A DNA stretch of 64,000 nt from Marsupella aquatica. Lineage: Eukaryota; Plantae; Marchantiophyta. The stretch lies in contig OZ316891.1 of assembly GCA_973895155.1 (NCBI GenBank), positions 30,052,331-30,116,330 on the forward strand, given 5' to 3'. Below are positions 12,263-24,420 of the stretch, one piece after another. Made by a program: the position numbers and the translations under genes. Below the pieces are notes generated by a model. That model had not been told where the DNA came from. It worked only from the letters and a program-made list of their open reading frames with translations, and made no database searches. How positions within the stretch are numbered: position 1 is the first letter of the stretch; each line of letters opens with the position of its first letter.

Positions 12263-13081
12263 ATGTCTTACCGATGGCCGCATCTGCGTTCTCGGGCCGA
12301 CTACCACTTCAAGGACAGGGCATCAAACAGAAACTATTCTGTTAATATCGTCGGTAAACACAGAAAGGACTACAATTCTCATCTGGATGGTAAGATCTGC
12401 TTTAAGACACCGGGTAAGACACATGAGGCTGTTTACAACGCTCACGTTCGGGGACGTTCTCAAAGGAGACAAATTACCGATCAGCACCCCCGTCAGCACC
12501 TTCCTCCTGGTTCACAGAATCTTCCTTTTTCTTCTTCGTGCATTAGTGGGGGATCCTCTGAAAGAAGCCGTTCAAACCTTCCTGAAGTTCGTGTGCGCTT
12601 GAGCGAGGGATTTCATCGTGCTGAAGTTGGGGCAGATCACAAAGCGACAAAAGTTTCTGATTACCGACGAGTTCATGGTCGACCTGAAGCAGGGAGAGGG
12701 CTTCTTGATCAGCAAGCAGCCCTTAGCCCGGACTACTGTTTCGTGTTTGGGACTATTGATAGTAATGGCTATGGTTCCAACCTTCCAGATGCTAGTCAGT
12801 GTTTTAAGGAAGGTAAGGGAATACACCACCCAGAAGGCGGAGAAGGTGTTAGAAAAGTTCCTGATCGGCATCCAGCACCTGGCTCTGAGTATCTTCCCAA
12901 TTCGCCGAGAAACTACTCGAATTATGAATCCATGTACGGTCCACAAGAGAGAATGCAGCAATGGGCACAAGATGATCTTGAGACTGCCAGAGCGCTGGAG
13001 TTAAGACAAATACTCCACGCCCGTGGAAGACGGAATGTTTCGGTAGATCCGAAGTGGATGAAGAAATTTTCCAAAAGATAG
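12263..13081 (+). CDS. Hypothetical 272-aa hydrophilic orphan protein
   Basis: Single long ATG-initiated ORF with a coding-like composition, a candidate TATA and a 5'UTR donor upstream. No recognised domain. Confidence 0.5.
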   Translation: MSYRWPHLRSRADYHFKDRASNRNYSVNIVGKHRKDYNSHLDGKICFKTPGKTHEAVYNAHVRGRSQRRQITDQHPRQHLPPGSQNLPFSSSCISGGSSERSRSNLPEVRVRLSEGFHRAEVGADHKATKVSDYRRVHGRPEAGRGLLDQQAALSPDYCFVFGTIDSNGYGSNLPDASQCFKEGKGIHHPEGGEGVRKVPDRHPAPGSEYLPNSPRNYSNYESMYGPQERMQQWAQDDLETARALELRQILHARGRRNVSVDPKWMKKFSKR

Positions 13082-13448
13082 CACATTCAAGGGGTTAGCG
13101 CACTTTAAAACAGTTCAGCAGAAGCATTTTCCGTGATGAACTTGGAAGTTTGGTTGAACAAGCAGATTCTCAGCAGAATCGATTAATCCTTGTATTCAAT
13201 TTGTTTGGGAAAAGTAAAAATCCTTGTATCCAATTTGTTTGGTAAAAGTAAGTATCCATGATAGAATTAGTTCGAGTACCCCTTGGTCATATAAGTTATT
13301 CAACAACTAAGTTAGAATACATGAGTGAATGCATATTGAAATAGGTTTGAATATGGAGAAGAAAGAAAAAATGGAGTAAATTATTCATGGAAAAAGTGCA
13401 TCCACAATGTTAGCTTGGTATTCTTACGTACATATATAGCATCCATGC

Positions 13449-13745
13449 CTCGGGGGTCTCACTATATGGGGACCTCCCCATCACCTGTGACGTTTTTAGG
13501 TCTCGGACCCCCTAAAATATAAGATTTTTTAAAAATTGTTTAACCCCTATAAAGTTGGAATATTCTTGGAATATTCCAAAAATTGGATTAAAAAGACCCT
13601 AATATTCTTATAAGTATCAAAATTAAATTTAAAAGACCCTATTGTTCTTCTACAAAAATTCTTAAGTCTTCCCTTTGAACCAATAAAATGACCCTATCCT
13701 TCGTCGCACGTGATATACCATTTTTGTGGAAGTGAAACCCCCGAG
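13449..13745 (+). mobile_element. MITE copy 3 (297 bp)
   Basis: Same TIRs and internal sequence as copies 1 and 2. TSD atccatgc (13441-13448) / atccatac (13746-13753). Confidence 0.9.
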
Positions 13746-14689
13746 ATCCATACAAAATACTATAGAAGCCAAAGGGTTTATTAATTTTATTCCTTTGGTA
13801 TTCCTTTTAATATACACAGTAATCAAAGGGTTTCTTATGCTTCCTTGGTGCTCGTTTTCCATAGTACCCTAATGGTTTCTTACATTACCTTGGTGAATGT
13901 TACACTAGTCAAAGAGTTTCATTCTACCAATGGTTATTCCATAAATTGCTAATTAAATAGAAAACTTATACAATCTACTAGAAAACACTGATCTATCAAT
14001 CATAACCCATCCAAAGTTTATTTTATTTTACCCCCTTTTCACCCCTTTTTTATTTACTTGAAATGTTTATTTTGAGTTTTCAATTGTTTTTACAGTTACA
14101 ACTTTTAACTGTTTTTCTTTGACTTGTTTCAAACACACACAATCTTGTTTGGTGCTTTTTGCACAACAAAATGTTCTTGTTTGTGACCAATTATAGTGTT
14201 GATGTGACTGCACATGCTTCTAGGGATTTTGGAAGCCAGGAACTTCCCATTGGGGTCCATAGTGAATAAAAGTCATCCCTAAATTAAAAGTTGAGTACCC
14301 CCTTTGGGCCCTCACTCCGTGTAAAAAAATTAAAGTGGACTCCCCTGCAATCGTGACCTCTTCCTTTACGTTTACCCCTTGTTATTTCTGCAAAGCACGT
14401 GGTCTCCAAAATCAAATAATGGCTGACAGTTGAACAGTAATCCACCATATATATATGTCCTGGCCTGTCGTAAATAATTGACCTAATCCAATGGATCTGG
14501 TTGCTTAATTATGCCTTTTCATTCAAGCCATTGATCAATTTTCACGACATTGCACGACGCCTAGATAGCCATCCATTCCATCTTTAGCAAATCCAGGCCA
14601 TTTATCATAATGATCCTCAACGTCAATTAGGGTCCTCCCCCTAATAGTCATATGGGTCTAGCTAGTACAAGTATGGATGGGCCCACAGG

Positions 14690-15061
14690 TGTTAGGTTAT
14701 GTCTCTAGTACAACCTATATACTTCCACAGTACTAGTTAGACTTCAGTAGACTAGGATAACACTAGTTGGAGTTCCAGGTTCCCATAGACCATGGGAGGG
14801 GGTATACCCAAGGGGAACCCAAACTTGTGCTCACACTTGAAGGTTCACTCTTGAGGATATAGAGTGAGAGAGTGAGAGGAGGAGCTCTAGTGCGTTGGCT
14901 ATGGTGGGTGTAATCACTTTGCATTACTGGAAATCTTTCTCTCACAACCGTGGACGTAGCCCAGACGGGGTGAACCACGTACTTTCAGTGTCGGAGTCTA
15001 TGGACGAAAGTTCACATATGCTATTGCTGTCTTGATCGTTCGGTCTAGATCATTACCAACA
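14690..15061 (+). mobile_element. Solo LTR (Ty1/Copia-type), 372 bp
   Basis: TGTTAG...CCAACA termini, 5-bp TSD acagg on both sides, and the internal gtggacgtagcc...gtgaaccacgta motif typical of Copia LTRs. Confidence 0.85.
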
Positions 15062-16061
15062 ACAGGGTCTCCACATAGTTACGCTCCACCCTTTGCCCCG
15101 TTATGGGACAAGAAGAGCTAGCCTTGAATTAATCTTATTTATAAAGCGCCAACTACAAACTAGAGTTGGGGCCTAGGCTTCTAGAGTGAAGTCTCTACTA
15201 GACCATAACTCCATAGCTCATCATGTGAATGGGAAAACTCATGACTATCAAAAACTATAATACAAGGTTGCGCCTTTTTATGCAGTGGTCATCATTCAAA
15301 TTTGGAGTAGCTTTTGGGGTGTAAAAAACAGAAACTGCAAAAAGTGGAAGCAATAAAGTATAAATGAATTATATTTGGTGTGAATGAAAAGTGAATGCAC
15401 TTGTCCCCAAACTAGAAGGAAAAAGACAAGTCTTCTCTTTACCATCCATGTATACAAATTACATGCTCTTCCCTCTACTATCCACGTTATACCATGCCCC
15501 TCCCTCTACCATCCATGCTACCTCTTAACTCCTTCTACCATCCATGCAATACCATGCTCCTCCCTCTACCATCCATGCTATATCATCCATGCATACAGGG
15601 CTACATAGTGATAGTAGTTTAATTGCAAATATCACATAGTCAATCAAGTAGGGCATAATCTAATCAATGAGAGAAAAAGAGACCAACTAGTAATAAAACA
15701 GAGTGAACCAAAGGGGGGGGGGAGAGGGGTTTGGTTTGGGGTGGTTTGTTCACTTGAGCTTTGAAAGGAAACAAATGACAAAAGCAAGGAGAAAAATCAT
15801 TGTCAGTGTGTTATACTTTGGTGGTTGATGTCGCCTCTCTATTGAGTCATGATATCGTTTACTCAACAACATCTTTTATGCAATGAGATCTTTTTTACAA
15901 ACAGAATCTTTTACTCAAGCTATCTTTAGCAACATGGTAATTTTTCTCAACTACATCTTTAGCACAACCTCATCTGTTATGCATTGACATCTTTCGACAA
16001 ACAATATTTAGTAAATCAAATGCAAGGGCATTTTGGGTAAAAAACAAAACAAAGTAAAAGA

Positions 16062-16405
16062 TGTTGAGCATAGATGACATTCGCAATGGCAAGCCCATGA
16101 ACCATCCAACGCACAATAGTCAACACAGAGAGCTACGTGGTTCACCTCCACATGAGACTACGTCCATGGGAACACACAAGAGCTTTACTGCACTCTAGGC
16201 CGACCGGCCATACCAAGCATCCACAGCACAAGCTCTCCCTATCTCTCAACTAGCTCCGTAACAATGAGCCTAAGTTCCACCAGGGTCTGGCATCAGCCCT
16301 AGCTATATGCACAACAGCACTACCGCTAACATTAGCTAAGTCTTAACCTGAGTTAGCCTAACTGTAGTTAGCTCATGAGTCACAAGACTAGAGCAATATC
16401 TAACA
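16062..16405 (-). mobile_element. Solo LTR (Copia-type), 344 bp, inserted in the Helitron
   Basis: TGTTGA...CTAACA termini, TSD aaaga on both sides, and the reverse complement of the ggacgtag...gtgaaccacgta motif at ~16133-16167. Confidence 0.85.
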
Positions 16406-16409
16406 AAAG

Positions 16410-17045
16410 ACTCGCTCCTTCTCTCCTTGACTTTTTACTTCATAACATCTTTCACATAACGATAACTTGGGTGAATCGACACCTTTTCTTATAACATCTT
16501 TTACTTCACAATATCTTTGGCAAAATGACACCTTTTTCTTATCAACATCTTTCACATAATGGCATCTTTGGCAAAATGACTTCTTTTTACTTAAAAACAT
16601 CTTTTTATGTCATGACATCTTTCACATAACAACATCTTGAGCAACACAACATTTTTTCTCTTAACTACATCTTTTGTGCAATGCACGGGTATTTTCCCTC
16701 AACAATGTCTTGGTTGACACGACATCTTTTCTCTCAATGACGTCTTTGCCGACACGACATCTTTTTCTCAATGACATCTTGGCCGACATGACAATTTTTT
16801 TCTTGACGACATCTTGGCCGACATGACATTTTTTTTTCTCAACAACTTTTTGGCCGACACAACACATTTTTTCTCAACGACCTCTTGGCAAACACGACAT
16901 CTTTTTTTCTCAATGACCTCTTGGCTGACATGACATCTTTTCTCTCCACGACCTCTTGGCCGACATGACATATTTTCTCTCAACGACCTCTTGGCCAAAA
17001 CGACATCTTTTGTTTGAATGACATCTTGGCCGACTTGACTTCTTT
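16410..17045. repeat. Degenerate tandem repeat (acgacatctt(t)n ctcaa / ggccgac units) internal to the Helitron
   Basis: Repeated acatcttggccgacatgaca motif. The related motif occurs inverted at 37760-38040 and as fragments near 29100-29220 and 48300. Confidence 0.85.
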
Positions 17046-17557
17046 TGTGCAACGCACAGGTATTGAGCTAGTGATGATATCAAATGATAATCATGGATGC
17101 TTTTTTTCATGTTTTTATGGCTCTGTGGCCCCACCATAACATATGTGCATAGAAAGAGGATGTGCATAGAAAAGTGTATATATGGTTTGTTATGTATGAT
17201 TCAAATGTTATGTATGATTTGTTATGTATGATTTGTTATGTATGATTATTAAAATGATAACATGCATGATAATTTTATTAACCTTCAAAAAATATGAATA
17301 AAGAATATATTTTGGTGACGTTTTTATTGTTCTCCTCTCATGTTCAAAGAATGAGGCTAGTTGAGGTCAGGGTGGGGTCATGGTTGCACCACTCTTTTCC
17401 GAATTTCACAAACCCAAGCGGAGGTGGAGGGCTGAGGAGCACTGCGCTGCCGAGGGCTGTTGTGCGGGAGCAAGGCAGAGAGGGGGTGCGAGGGCTGGGA
17501 CTGGTGGGAGGGAGGTTCGTGCGGGGAGGGAGGCTGCCTCCTCCTGGCCCCGAGGCA

Positions 17558-18304
17558 TTAATAGGGCGTCTCAACCCTACAGATTCTCGGGCTCCTTCCG
17601 GTCACCCGGATACCTCCGACCTCCGCCCGACAATGAACACCGGGAACAAAATTCAGGTGCTCCATTAACGAGGCTCTTAACTTTGACTCGAACCAAAACT
17701 GCATCAGTCCGTAACAGACATAGTGTACGTCCGGGTGATTGAAAATCCCGGTGAGAAAGTTGCGGTTGCCAAATCGGTGGGCCGACCACCTGATGAGGGC
17801 GACCCGGATCAGGGACGTACCGGGTGTCCATCGGGAATGAAAGAGGAGTATCTTTGAGACGCCCTAATGAATGGCAACCTCCCAGTCTCCCGAGAGGGTG
17901 GTCACTTGCAGGGGCTGACACCCTGGTCCTCCCTTTCTCGTCCCTCGCTTTTTGGGATCTGTGCATGCGGCCGGATTCCTTTTGGTCCTTGCTTGCTCCT
18001 TGGGGTTCCTTTCTGCGGCTGACCTACCCCCTTTCCGACGGGGGCTCGCCCTGCCCGAGGGCTCGTCTGCTCCCTGCGGCCCTGGGTTTTCCTGGCCTTT
18101 GGGATTCAGTTTCGTGTTGCTGTCAATCGTGTTGGTGCTAGCCCTTTGTGCTGCGTTGGGGCCTGGTTGACTGTCCTCTACTTGGGCCAGGGTGGGGGTT
18201 TTTAGTTGCTGCTGCTGCTGCCGCTGCGCACTCGAGTTGGTGTTTGACTCTGGTGCTTGCCGTGTGGTTCTCCGGTGGTTTTTGGGCCTCCCGATAGGTT
18301 CCAC
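17558..18304 (-). pseudogene. Degenerate ~250-codon reading frame (one internal stop), possibly a LINE ORF1-like remnant
   Basis: The frame of ORF 17864..18304 continues past a single TAG as GVSKILLFHSRWTPGTSLIRVALIRWSAHRF...HPDVHYVCYGLMQFWFESKLRASLMEHLNF, loosely like DUF4283/RRM of plant LINE ORF1. The region is GC-rich. Confidence 0.3.
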
Positions 18305-19932
18305 TTTGTGACCGGAGTTTGCAGTTTACTCCAGAGCTCTACCAGGCTTTTCAGTTCTCCGCTTAATAAGGTGTTAGCCTTCTTGGAGCCTTTGTTAGTT
18401 ATTTTTTGTTCTTTATTCTTTTGTTAGCTTTGGTTGGGGCCCCCTTGGCTTGTCTTTCTTGGGGTCCTTTCCCTTTCTTTTCCTTCCCTTCATTGGGTTC
18501 CTTTGCCTTTGGGATTGTGTATCCAGGTTCAGCCTTTTTTGGGATCATGTATCCAGGTTGAATGTTTTTTGCCCTTGGGCAATGTGAAGGCAAAGGTGCT
18601 TTGCCTTTGGGATCATGTACCCAAGGTAGTAGATAATATTTCTTGTAAGGATAAACACGAACGCCCAAATCTGGTCATGTTGACAACAACATGTATAGAT
18701 CTTCCGAAATTTCAATGACATATATATATTTAAAAGATGCTATACCACGAGAAATATTCATTTCTTTTTGTTTATTTCTTCCCATCCTGGGTCTAGGTAT
18801 TTATCCAAAGTTTGTCTTATGAACTTGGGATAATAAAACGAATTACTTTTGTGTTCGGCGTTATTTGAGATCATGTATTCAGGTTGAGCGTTTTTTGCCC
18901 TTGGGCAAAGTGAAGGCAAAGCGCAACAACAGAGGCCTACGAACTCTCGTATGGAAGTCTCTGTACTACGTGCCCATACCATAATTCCTGTCAGGAGAAG
19001 AGGTTATCGGTGTGTAACCATTTCTACAGAGGCCTGCTATAATCATAATCTGCTGTCCTGAAAAGTCTAGCTGGTAACCTCTTTCTGGGCAAGAGTTCTA
19101 GTGCAGGTCTGGGCTTATAGACTCTAACCTGCTCCCGAAATATTCATATTCAGGACCCAAGGTTACAGCCTAGTAACCCTACGCCCAGACCTGCATTACC
19201 CTATACATATCCACATGGGGACGGACCGACCGAGTCGGGCGAGAACTAAGGCGTCCAACTGGGTACGCAGTGTAGCTACTGTGGTCGAAGGCAAACCTGA
19301 GCCGGTAACTACAGTACACATGACGCGTGAAAGTCTGGAAAAGGGTGTTTTCTGATGAGTGAAACTTGGGGGCGTGGACCGGATCTCACTCCCCGTGAGC
19401 CGCCCCTCCCGTCGACTCGGCCGGCACCCGCCAGTCAGGGCGAAGGATGCCGTAGAATGATGCCGTAGAATGATGCTGCCGTGACCGACTGCGGGGACTT
19501 CTTCATGCTCCTCGTGCAGTCCAGTCCTACCCTCCTGCCCTCCTCTGCTCCCTCGCCCTCTTCTTCTGCACACCGTGGTTTCTTCAGCCCTAATTGCTCC
19601 ACAGCTTCTTGGATTCGCAGTTTCAGCTACGCATACGTTCGGAAGGAGTCGATGGCCACTCTCCAGTGACAGATTGATCCCCACTCGTGCACTTCTCGAG
19701 GTTCTGAGGGGCCGATTTGCGTTTGGAACGACCGGAGTTTTGCGACAGTCGAGGGATCAGGTCTGTTGGACTCGACGAACTCGACGAACTCAGCACCTCG
19801 GGTACTTTGGTGCAGGGCGTGGTAGTATTTCGATTAGGAGAAGCGTTTTGCAGATGTGGAATTGGAGCTTTAGGTGAAGCAGAGTTTTTCACTGACAGGA
19901 GGCCGTTTTGGGTGAGGCGAAGGTTTGTCACG

Positions 19933-22612
19933 ATGGGTGGAGGATTTAGAGTTCTACATCTGGTTCGACCGTTTCTGTCCGTGCTTCCGGAAGTGCAGAC
20001 TGCAGAGAGGAAGGTGCCGTTTAGAGAGAAGGTTCTCTATACCGTCGTTTCTTTGTTCATTTTCTTAGTGTGTTCCCAGCTCCCTCTCTATGGTATCCAT
20101 TCGGCGACAGGATCGGATCCCTTCTATTGGATGAGAGTGATTTTGGCGTCGAACAGGGGTACAGTTATGGAGCTTGGTATCACTCCTATCGTCACCTCGG
20201 GGTTGGTGATGCAGCTTTTGGCTGGGTCCAAGATTATCGAAGTTGACAACAGCGTGAAGGAGGATCGGGCTCTTTTGTGAGTAGACTTCTCACTCTTGTA
20301 GTCAGCCATTGATGTAGATCCGTCTCGCAATACCTACTTGCATCTCAAAGCTCTCTACCGGAGGATCGCATGCGGAGAAGTTTGTTGGAAATTTCGTTGG
20401 AAGCTGATACTCTCTTGGTGAATTATGGTCTCCAATCCTAGTCGATGCTATTAGCGGTGGGTTCTCGGGACTATGGGCGTGCCAAGTTTGCGGTGTAGAT
20501 GCACTTGTGTCTGAACTGCGGTGGCTCGTATAGCCTAATACCCACCTCTCGCAGAATAGACCTGCAGTGCCGAGAAGTTTTCCAGGCTTCTACTTTCCTT
20601 ATGCGCCGCGGCATGGATGCCCTTCGTGCCCTGTGCATGAATTGTCGCATAAGTACCTTGTTTGCTCTTTTGGTTTTCAATTACTAACTTTTTCACGCCT
20701 TCCTGCGAAACTTGTCACGTCTTTTTGATTTCAAAACGGATCCTTTCTGATCGGGTGGTCTTGTCGGTGATGGTTTTCCAGGAACGGTGCTCAGAAGTTA
20801 TTGGGCGTCATGATCACTATTGGAGAGGCCGTTGCATATGTTTTGTCTGGAATGTATGGTGATGTCCGAGATCTTGGAGCCGGGAATGCCATCTTAATCA
20901 TTGTCCAGCTCTTTTTCGCCGGTATAATTGTGATTTGCTTGGACGAGCTCCTCCAAAAAGGATACGGGCTCGGATCTGGCATCTCGTTGTTCATTGCGAC
21001 CAACATCTGGTACGTGCTCGACATGTTCTGCCCTGGGTTTGTGGCACTTCTGCAATGAAGATGTTTGGGGCATTTCAATTAGGGTTCAGAATAGTACTGT
21101 TTGTTGTGGAGATCGGCGTTTTCGGCCATGACTTTGTTGTTAGTGATTACGAAGGGTCACCTACATTCTTTGGCACGTGCATCTGGTTGTCAACTTATCT
21201 CTTCTATTGCTGCTATGCAGTGAGAACATCATCTGGAAAGCCTTCAGTCCGACTACCATCAACAGTGGCCGTGGAGCAGAGTTTGAGGGTGCTGTGATTG
21301 CTTTGTTCCATCTCCTGATCACGAGGACCGATAAAGTGCGAGCTTTGAAGGAGGCATTTTACAGACAAAACCTTCCTAACGTCACTAATTTACTGGCGAC
21401 GGTTTTGGTGTTTCTAATTGTCATTTACTTCCAAGGGTTCCGGGTTGTACTTCCTGTTCGATCGAGAAACGCTCGTGGTCAACAGGGATCTTACCCTATA
21501 AAGCTGTTCTATACCTCGAACATGCCGATCATCCTTCAATCTGCCTTAGTTTCCAACCTGTACTTCATTTCACAGGTGAGAATGTATTGAACAGCGGAAT
21601 TATTCAATCATCTAATGAGCAGGTTTTTTCAAACATGATGAAATCTGAATGCTCGTTGTCTCGCTATTGACCCATTGTGCATGACACTGTTCTTCCAGCT
21701 CTTGTACAAGAAGTACAGCGGTGTTTTCCTCGTCCAACTTCTTGGAAAGTGGAAGGAGTCTGAGTACTCGCAAAGTGGACAATTGATTCCTGTCGGTGGT
21801 CTGGTGTATTATATCACTCCTCCTACCAGGTTTGTCTTCTTCTCGGACTGTTAGCTACCAAAACTCAATAACCTCGACGGACTAGGATGGCTGATATCAT
21901 GACTTTCAGATGCGTCCTATTGATCATGGTTATTGATGTTTCACGGTTGTATTGCAGTTTGGGAGACATTGCAGCCAATCCGTTCCATGCCTTGTTCTAC
22001 TTCACTTTTATGTTGACGGCATGCGCCCTTTTCTCGAAGACGTGGATTGAAGTGTCTGGGTCTTCAGCTAGGGATGTCGCAAAGCAGCTCAAGGTAAGCG
22101 TTCAAGGATGTTCTGACAGTGGTTTTGTCCTTTGAATAACCTCCAATGTGAAACAAAGGCCATTTCGTCCAGTTGCATCCGCCTAGATGTCCATTGCCAT
22201 TTTTTAATGTTTGTGGAAGCTTATAAAAATGATGGCTGAAAACTTTCATGGGTGAGAAGTTTTCAAACTTAAAGCTCTTTGTTCTTAGTCCGGGAGGCAT
22301 CCTTCAGGTATACTTAGGAAGACTGAAATTGGATATTGAATGTAATTTGGTTTTGTTGTGGACTGTAAACAGGAACAACAAATGGTGATGCCAGGTCATC
22401 GGGAATCAAACTTGCAGAAGGAGCTAAATCGATACATTCCAACAGCGGCTGCGTTTGGTGGAATGTGTATTGGGGCATTGACTGTCGTAGCTGATTTCAT
22501 GGGTGCCATTGGGTCAGGAACAGGAATTTTACTTGCCGTCACCATCATCTACCAATACTTCGAAACATTTGACAAGGAGCGAGCTAGTGAACTCGGGTTC
22601 TTTGGCTTTTGA
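19933..22612 (+). CDS. SEC61A: Protein transport protein Sec61 subunit alpha (SecY family), 477 aa; exons 19933-20276, 20782-21009, 21221-21575, 21699-21829, 21958-22093, 22373-22612
   Basis: [21 protein letters not shown]...[18 protein letters not shown]...[14 protein letters not shown]...[16 protein letters not shown]...[10 protein letters not shown]...[10 protein letters not shown]. All five introns are GT..AG, and the spliced length of 1434 nt is in frame. Confidence 0.98.
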
Positions 22613-24204
22613 AACACTCAGGTTCCTTGAAAATTTTGGTATAGCTGCAAAGGGATTTTATTTGTACTAAGTCACAGAGTTTGAGCCCCAAGTAGTGAGG
22701 GGGAAATTTAGTTAGGTTTGCGAATTTAAGGTGGGTTCAAGGCCAGAGCTTGCTAGAATCTTTAACCGCAGCTTGCTGTAGATGTTCTTATATTCTCATG
22801 TACAAGCCACTCTACTCTGCTGTAGGTCGTCCCCATCAGCATTACGCAGAGACGGTCGAACGCATTAAAGTTCCTTCTGGATGTGTGACCCTTCTGTGGC
22901 ATGGGTATTCATTGTACATGTCTGTCCGTCCATCGCTGGAAGAGCTGTGAAACACTCCTGTCTATCATCGATGGGAATTTACCATTGAATGTTTTTGACA
23001 TTGGTTTCACAAGTTCATTTTAGTCTGCCGGGCTATAGAAGGGAAGTTTTGACGCTACAGGTGCATCAGGCCATTGAACGGCACTCAGGCTACTGTAATC
23101 ATTTGTAACGAAGCTGGCTCTGCCTATGGACATTTGAGCTGCAGTCGAGTGCAATTACAGAGTACTATCATGAAACATGGGTACGCTCAAGCCTGGCTCG
23201 AGGGCTATTGCAGCGAGCTGACAATAACATCAAGAAGTTGGTATTCAGGAAGCGAAGAGTTATGGTGTGTATAAGTTACTACATGTGCGAGGTGTGCAAA
23301 TCTTGGACTCCGATTTCTAGTTCGAAGTGGCTTTTGAACCAACTCCGGTCGTCTCGGGATTGGGAAGGAAAATCTTTCAGACTGAGGAGTTTATGGGTGA
23401 CTTCTCTTGTCTTGGTTTGTTGAAGACGTGGAGGATCCTATGAGGGATGTGCCAGACAAAGTGAACATTAAATGCATGATGGGGAGTCCGGGGTGGAAAT
23501 CGATGAGTGTGAAGGCTGCCTACATCTACATATCGTCTGTCTTTCTCACTTAAAATGTAATGAGCTCGCCAGAATTGGTTTGCAGCCAGCTTGGGTGAAT
23601 CTTGGCACGTTTGGCTTGTCCATCATGGCGATCAATGAAAGTACTGGAGCCATGTCGGTGCATTACTTTCCACTCCACTCACTTCCTAACGTTACAGAGG
23701 ACGTCAGAAAACGCCAGCCGTTGTTAGAGACCTGAAGTGCGTTACACTCTACTTACTTCCTAATTGTACGAGACCTGACGGGCGTGCATGAGGGATAGGT
23801 CGCGATTATCATATACATAAAGAGCCACTAGCCACAACAAAAATATGGTTAACAGATTGCACCGTCTTTTTTCCTGAAATTGTGGAGACAAATGTGAAAA
23901 AGGAAGAAATCTTGTACACTTCTCCTTTGTATATGGCCAATGGTGGTTTAAGATTTCTAGTGACACTCACAAGGTTTTTTGATTCCAGATCCAGCTCCAA
24001 CAGTTTCCAAGCCCTAACAGTTTCCAGTCCACAATCACTATAATCCAGTTTCCAGTCAACAATCACTATAATCCAAAAGAGCTACAGAAGACTATTAAAT
24101 GCTTAACACTTTACTTCCGACTGAGTGTAGGGTTTTATAAATTATTCAAAAGTTGTGTCGTCCCACGGCGCACAAACAAATATTGTAGCTCCTCTGCAGA
24201 CATT

Positions 24205-24420
24205 TACACTCAACAGGGGCAGACCCCAAAACAACAAGGGGTATAAACTACACTCAACAGGGGCAGACACCAAAACAACAAGGGGTATAAACTACACTTC
24301 AACTGCCAAGGTTTTCAATGGACAATAGTTTGATCCTTGTGGCATCAAAACAACAAGGGGTATAAACTACACTTCAACTGCCAAGGTTTTCAATGGACAA
24401 TAGTTTGATCCTTGTGGCAT
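24205..24420. repeat. Compound tandem duplications (~44-bp pair followed by ~75-bp pair sharing aaaacaacaaggggtataaactacact)
   Basis: Directly visible. Confidence 0.85.

Larger units (their letters stand above)
15248..17071 (+). mobile_element. Non-autonomous Helitron (contains a nested solo LTR and acatctt tandem repeats)
   Basis: 5' A|TC (tcaaaaactataatacaagg). 3' hairpin tgtgcaacgcaca followed by CTAG|T at 17068-17072. Both ends match the inverted copy at 37731-39408. Confidence 0.75.

Noticed and set aside
16400-17167. Lys/Cys/Val-rich ORFs on the minus strand
   Set aside because: They are translation artefacts of the Helitron-internal minisatellite.
19102-19195. 13-bp inverted repeat tgcaggtctgggc/gcccagacctgca as a mini hAT element
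   Set aside because: No TSD and no second full copy in the window; insufficient support.
19717-19932. N-terminal extension of Sec61-alpha in the ORF track
   Set aside because: It starts at a TTG, and homology begins at MGGGFR (19933), so this is 5'UTR or intron.
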